Under the pieces are notes generated by a model, which saw nothing but the letters and a program-made list of their open reading frames with translations, was not told the DNA's origin and did no database searches. A program made the translations under genes and the position numbers. A DNA stretch of 64,000 nucleotides from Perna viridis (Eukaryota). The stretch's first letter is position 1, and the number at the start of each line of letters is the position of its first letter. This document shows, in pieces, positions 60,790 through 64,000 of this stretch. The DNA lies in contig CM074515.1 in the NCBI GenBank assembly GCA_037379345.1, positions 2,232,001 through 2,296,000 on the forward strand. The letters run 5' to 3'.

Positions 60790-63700
60790 GACGCGTAAAG
60801 ATTTTTAGAACTTAAATGGGCTTTGAGTGTATATTGCTATATTATGTCAATGGAAAGACAAATCAATGTAGATTTTGAATATCATTCTTTTCTAACAGAA
60901 AAGTGGTATTTTTTTTTTTGCTATTTTACATTAATTAGAAGAGGGGTCAAAAATCAATCGACCCCAACACACTTCGATTGGTAATTTAAGTGAAATAGTG
61001 CGTTGTAGGTATAGGAAAACAGGTAAAATGAAAAGATCGGATGTACAGAATTTAAAAAAAAATAAAAAGGACCTTTTCCCACAAAATTAGACTATTTAAT
61101 ATCTGAGCAAAAATACCCCTAAAATTGGTTGCATTTTATTGCATTTTCAATGATTAAGACAAAAAACATCGCGGAATATTATAATATATATCTGAATATT
61201 CTGTACTGAATAACAAATGAAGTAAACACAACTTCCTCGATTCGACCTTCAACATGGGCTTCGTAAAATGAGTTTGAAGTTACAAATTTTCACATATTTA
61301 AACTATTAATTGACTAAAATTGTATAATATGAAATCGATTCCGAACAAATTTGTCTAGTTTTCGGGCTGTTTTACGTACAAAGACACATGCAAAGCCTGG
61401 CGTGTTCCTTATGTTTTGGCGAAAAGACTATAGGTTTTGAGATTTATTTTTGTACATACAAAAAGCATTTTTTTTCTTTTTGCATTTGTCTTTATATGCT
61501 TGGACTTTTAAAAAGTTTTAAGATTTAACCATTAATAAATTAATTTGAGATAAATACTGTAATCTGATTGGTTAAAATAATTTTGTTATACCTCAATGGA
61601 TAAAAAAACATATTGACACGCCCCTATTCAGTTAAATTCAGAGCTACTTTCCTCATGTTTAAAGATAAAAATATGTTTTAAAATGAATTTATAAGAATTG
61701 ACAATGTTTATTATTGCCAATTCTTAAAACAATGATTCTCAAACAAAAAAATGCGACTGGTGGTTCATAACAAGGCTGGATTTCGTTACATATACTTTGA
61801 ACTCTGAAGCATATGCATGTACATTGTACATGCATGTTGTTACACTATTTATATCTTATAATGTTATTGGGCATTATTTTGACTGTGCGCCAGGCTAATG
61901 GTTGTAATGAAATATCCTCTGAACGGATTATATTAAACGAGTTAATATAATCAAACCAGAATCCTGTAAAAATTCCAACGCACAAAATTGTCGTTAAAGA
62001 CGTTCACACCTTATATAACTTCTAAGATTTGTTTACCTTTCGAAAATACTCCATCTTTATTAGACGTACGAATAGAACAAAATGGTACCATAGTTGTTAT
62101 AGAATATTAGTTCAAAGAAAACATTATTGTCCGTGGCAGGGACGGATCAAGAATACGGTTGCAGATCCAGAAGAGGGTGCAGGGGGTTGGCACCCCCTTT
62201 TAATTGGAAAATTTATCATTGTCATGTGTAAAATTGACATAAAATGACAAATAATGTCCTAGCATTCCACTTTTTCTGTGAAACCTTGGCTGGTACCCCT
62301 CCCTTTTTAAAGTGTCTAGATCAGGCCTAGCTTGAATATTAGAAAAAGATAGGGGTCTGATCAGGATGTTTATAAACAGGAGGTACAGTCTATCATTTAC
62401 ATTTTACTGTCTATAAATTGTTATAAACTATCTTTTTGCGGCATTAATATGCAGGTACAGAGCATTTAGGGTAATTGGTGATTGTTATAAGAAAGTATCG
62501 TTACTTCTGTTGTCATGCTTGACAAGGTAGAAAATCTAACTACCAAGACAAAATAAACTGAATAATATTTTTGTAAAAGCATCTTCGCTAGCCGAAAGTT
62601 ACGGTCCTGCCCCTTCCTTTCGAAGGGAGGGGTGTAACCCTTGCCTAGCGAAGATGCTGAAAGAACTAAGAATCGGAAATAAGCCACTCATAACTCGGTC
62701 TTTATGATAGTAAAGGCATATTTTATTTAAAATAATCCATATAGAAAAAATTCTTTTATACGTTCTTTTCACCGCCACATACCAGATGACTTTTAAGCAA
62801 TTCCGGAGTTTCCCTCCTTCGTTTAAATTCGGAATGACATCATTAATATAGGAACAGAAAAGAAGAAAAAAACATTGAAATTGTAATATCCTACCAAAAA
62901 ACCTGATCCACACTCCGTGATTTTTTTCGTATCAAGCCTGGGTTGTTGGTTAATTCTTTACATTTATATATGTTATTCTTATGATATTTTTTTTGTATTT
63001 AGTGTGCTTTATATTGACTATGGACACATGATTATGGATAACATGTTATTTGTTCCTATCGTCCCCTGCCTTTTTCTTAAAAACGAACATTATTGGCCGC
63101 TCAATTATTGGATAACAGTAAAAAAAATCTTATGTCAAAATATTATATATCTGCTTAAACAGCATTTTAAAATATTGATCATGTAAAGAAATAAGTTACA
63201 TGGGATAATAATGATAATGCTTTTCTGTTGTACCAACAGTGCAGAAACAGGACAGGTTGTCAGGGAAGTGTTTCGTATTTTACAATTTTAATACATATAG
63301 TTAGTAGTTGAAATATGTGAACATTTGCAACTTCAAGCTCATTTTACAAACCACATGTTGCAGATCGAATCGAGAAATTTGTATTTATTTTATTTGTAAT
63401 TCAGTTCAGAATATTCAGGTATATATTGTAATTTTCTACGGTGTCTTATTATCTCTTAATCATTGAAAATGCACTAAAACGCAACCATTTTTAGAGGCAA
63501 TTTTGTTCAGTGATTAAATAGCCCACTTTTGCCGGAAAAAGGGTATTTTTTTTTTTATATTTTTTTTGAAATTCTATACATGTGATCTTAACAAAGTTAA
63601 CTTTTTCATAATACCTACAATGCACGATTTCACTTAAATTACCAATCAAAGTGCATTGGGGTCGATTGATCTTTGACCCCTCCTCTTATTAATGCAAAAT

Positions 63701-63820
63701 AGCAGAAAACCATTTTTCATTTGATAAGTACGATATTAAAAACTACATTGGCTTATCATTCCACTGACATATGATACAGCCATATACCCTCTAGGCCCAT
63801 TAAACTCGTAAACTAAAGCA
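60790..63820. repeat. Long diverged inverted repeat (arms ~60790-61350 and ~63265-63820)
   Basis: For example gaggggtcaaaaatcaatcgacccca pairs with tggggtcgattgatctttgacccctc, and attttcaatgattaaga with tcttaatcattgaaaat. The arms are colinear over about 550 bp. Confidence 0.85.
62580..62656. mobile_element. Tiny MITE with perfect TIR catcttcgctag/ctagcgaagatg
   Basis: 77-bp palindromic element; relative at 4966-5024. Confidence 0.65.
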
Positions 63821-64000
63821 CTTTTTAAAACCTGTCCACAGAACTAATATATGATAACACGTGTATTAAACATGTGCTCAGTTTTGAATCTATAATTCTT
63901 CAAATTCGATAATTTATTTATCTTTATACGTCAAATATCCGTATTAATCCGCTGAAATGTGAATCCTAAATTGTAAAGTTTTGTCCATCGATAAGGCAAC

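Overview
AT-rich eukaryotic genomic DNA with spliceosomal introns. The repeat families suggest a bivalve mollusc, probably an oyster (inference). I reconstructed four protein-coding genes by hand. (1) A single-coding-exon AID/APOBEC-fold protein at 2752-3450 (+) that has lost all zinc-binding and catalytic residues. (2) A spliced, uncharacterised 188-aa gene on the minus strand (3580-12761), absent from the ORF track, with a second alternative first exon at 14784-14851; its stop codon lies 129 bp from the stop codon of gene 1. (3) RPS19, with a TCT/5'TOP first exon, four coding exons and a candidate intronic snoRNA. (4) An 11-coding-exon FAM234-like membrane FG-GAP beta-propeller gene (34244-57775, about 977 aa) with a GC-AG intron and a polybasic furin-type insertion. 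The rest is repeats: Naiad-type Penelope-like RT remnants and their dispersed 3' tails, a SINE-like family with a highly structured pseudoknotted 5' head (candidate ribozyme), pearl/HINE-like elements carrying satellite units, nested MITEs, and 28, 37, ~53 and 57-bp minisatellites. There is no CRISPR array, rRNA or tRNA gene. All family assignments come from motif recognition; no search was run.
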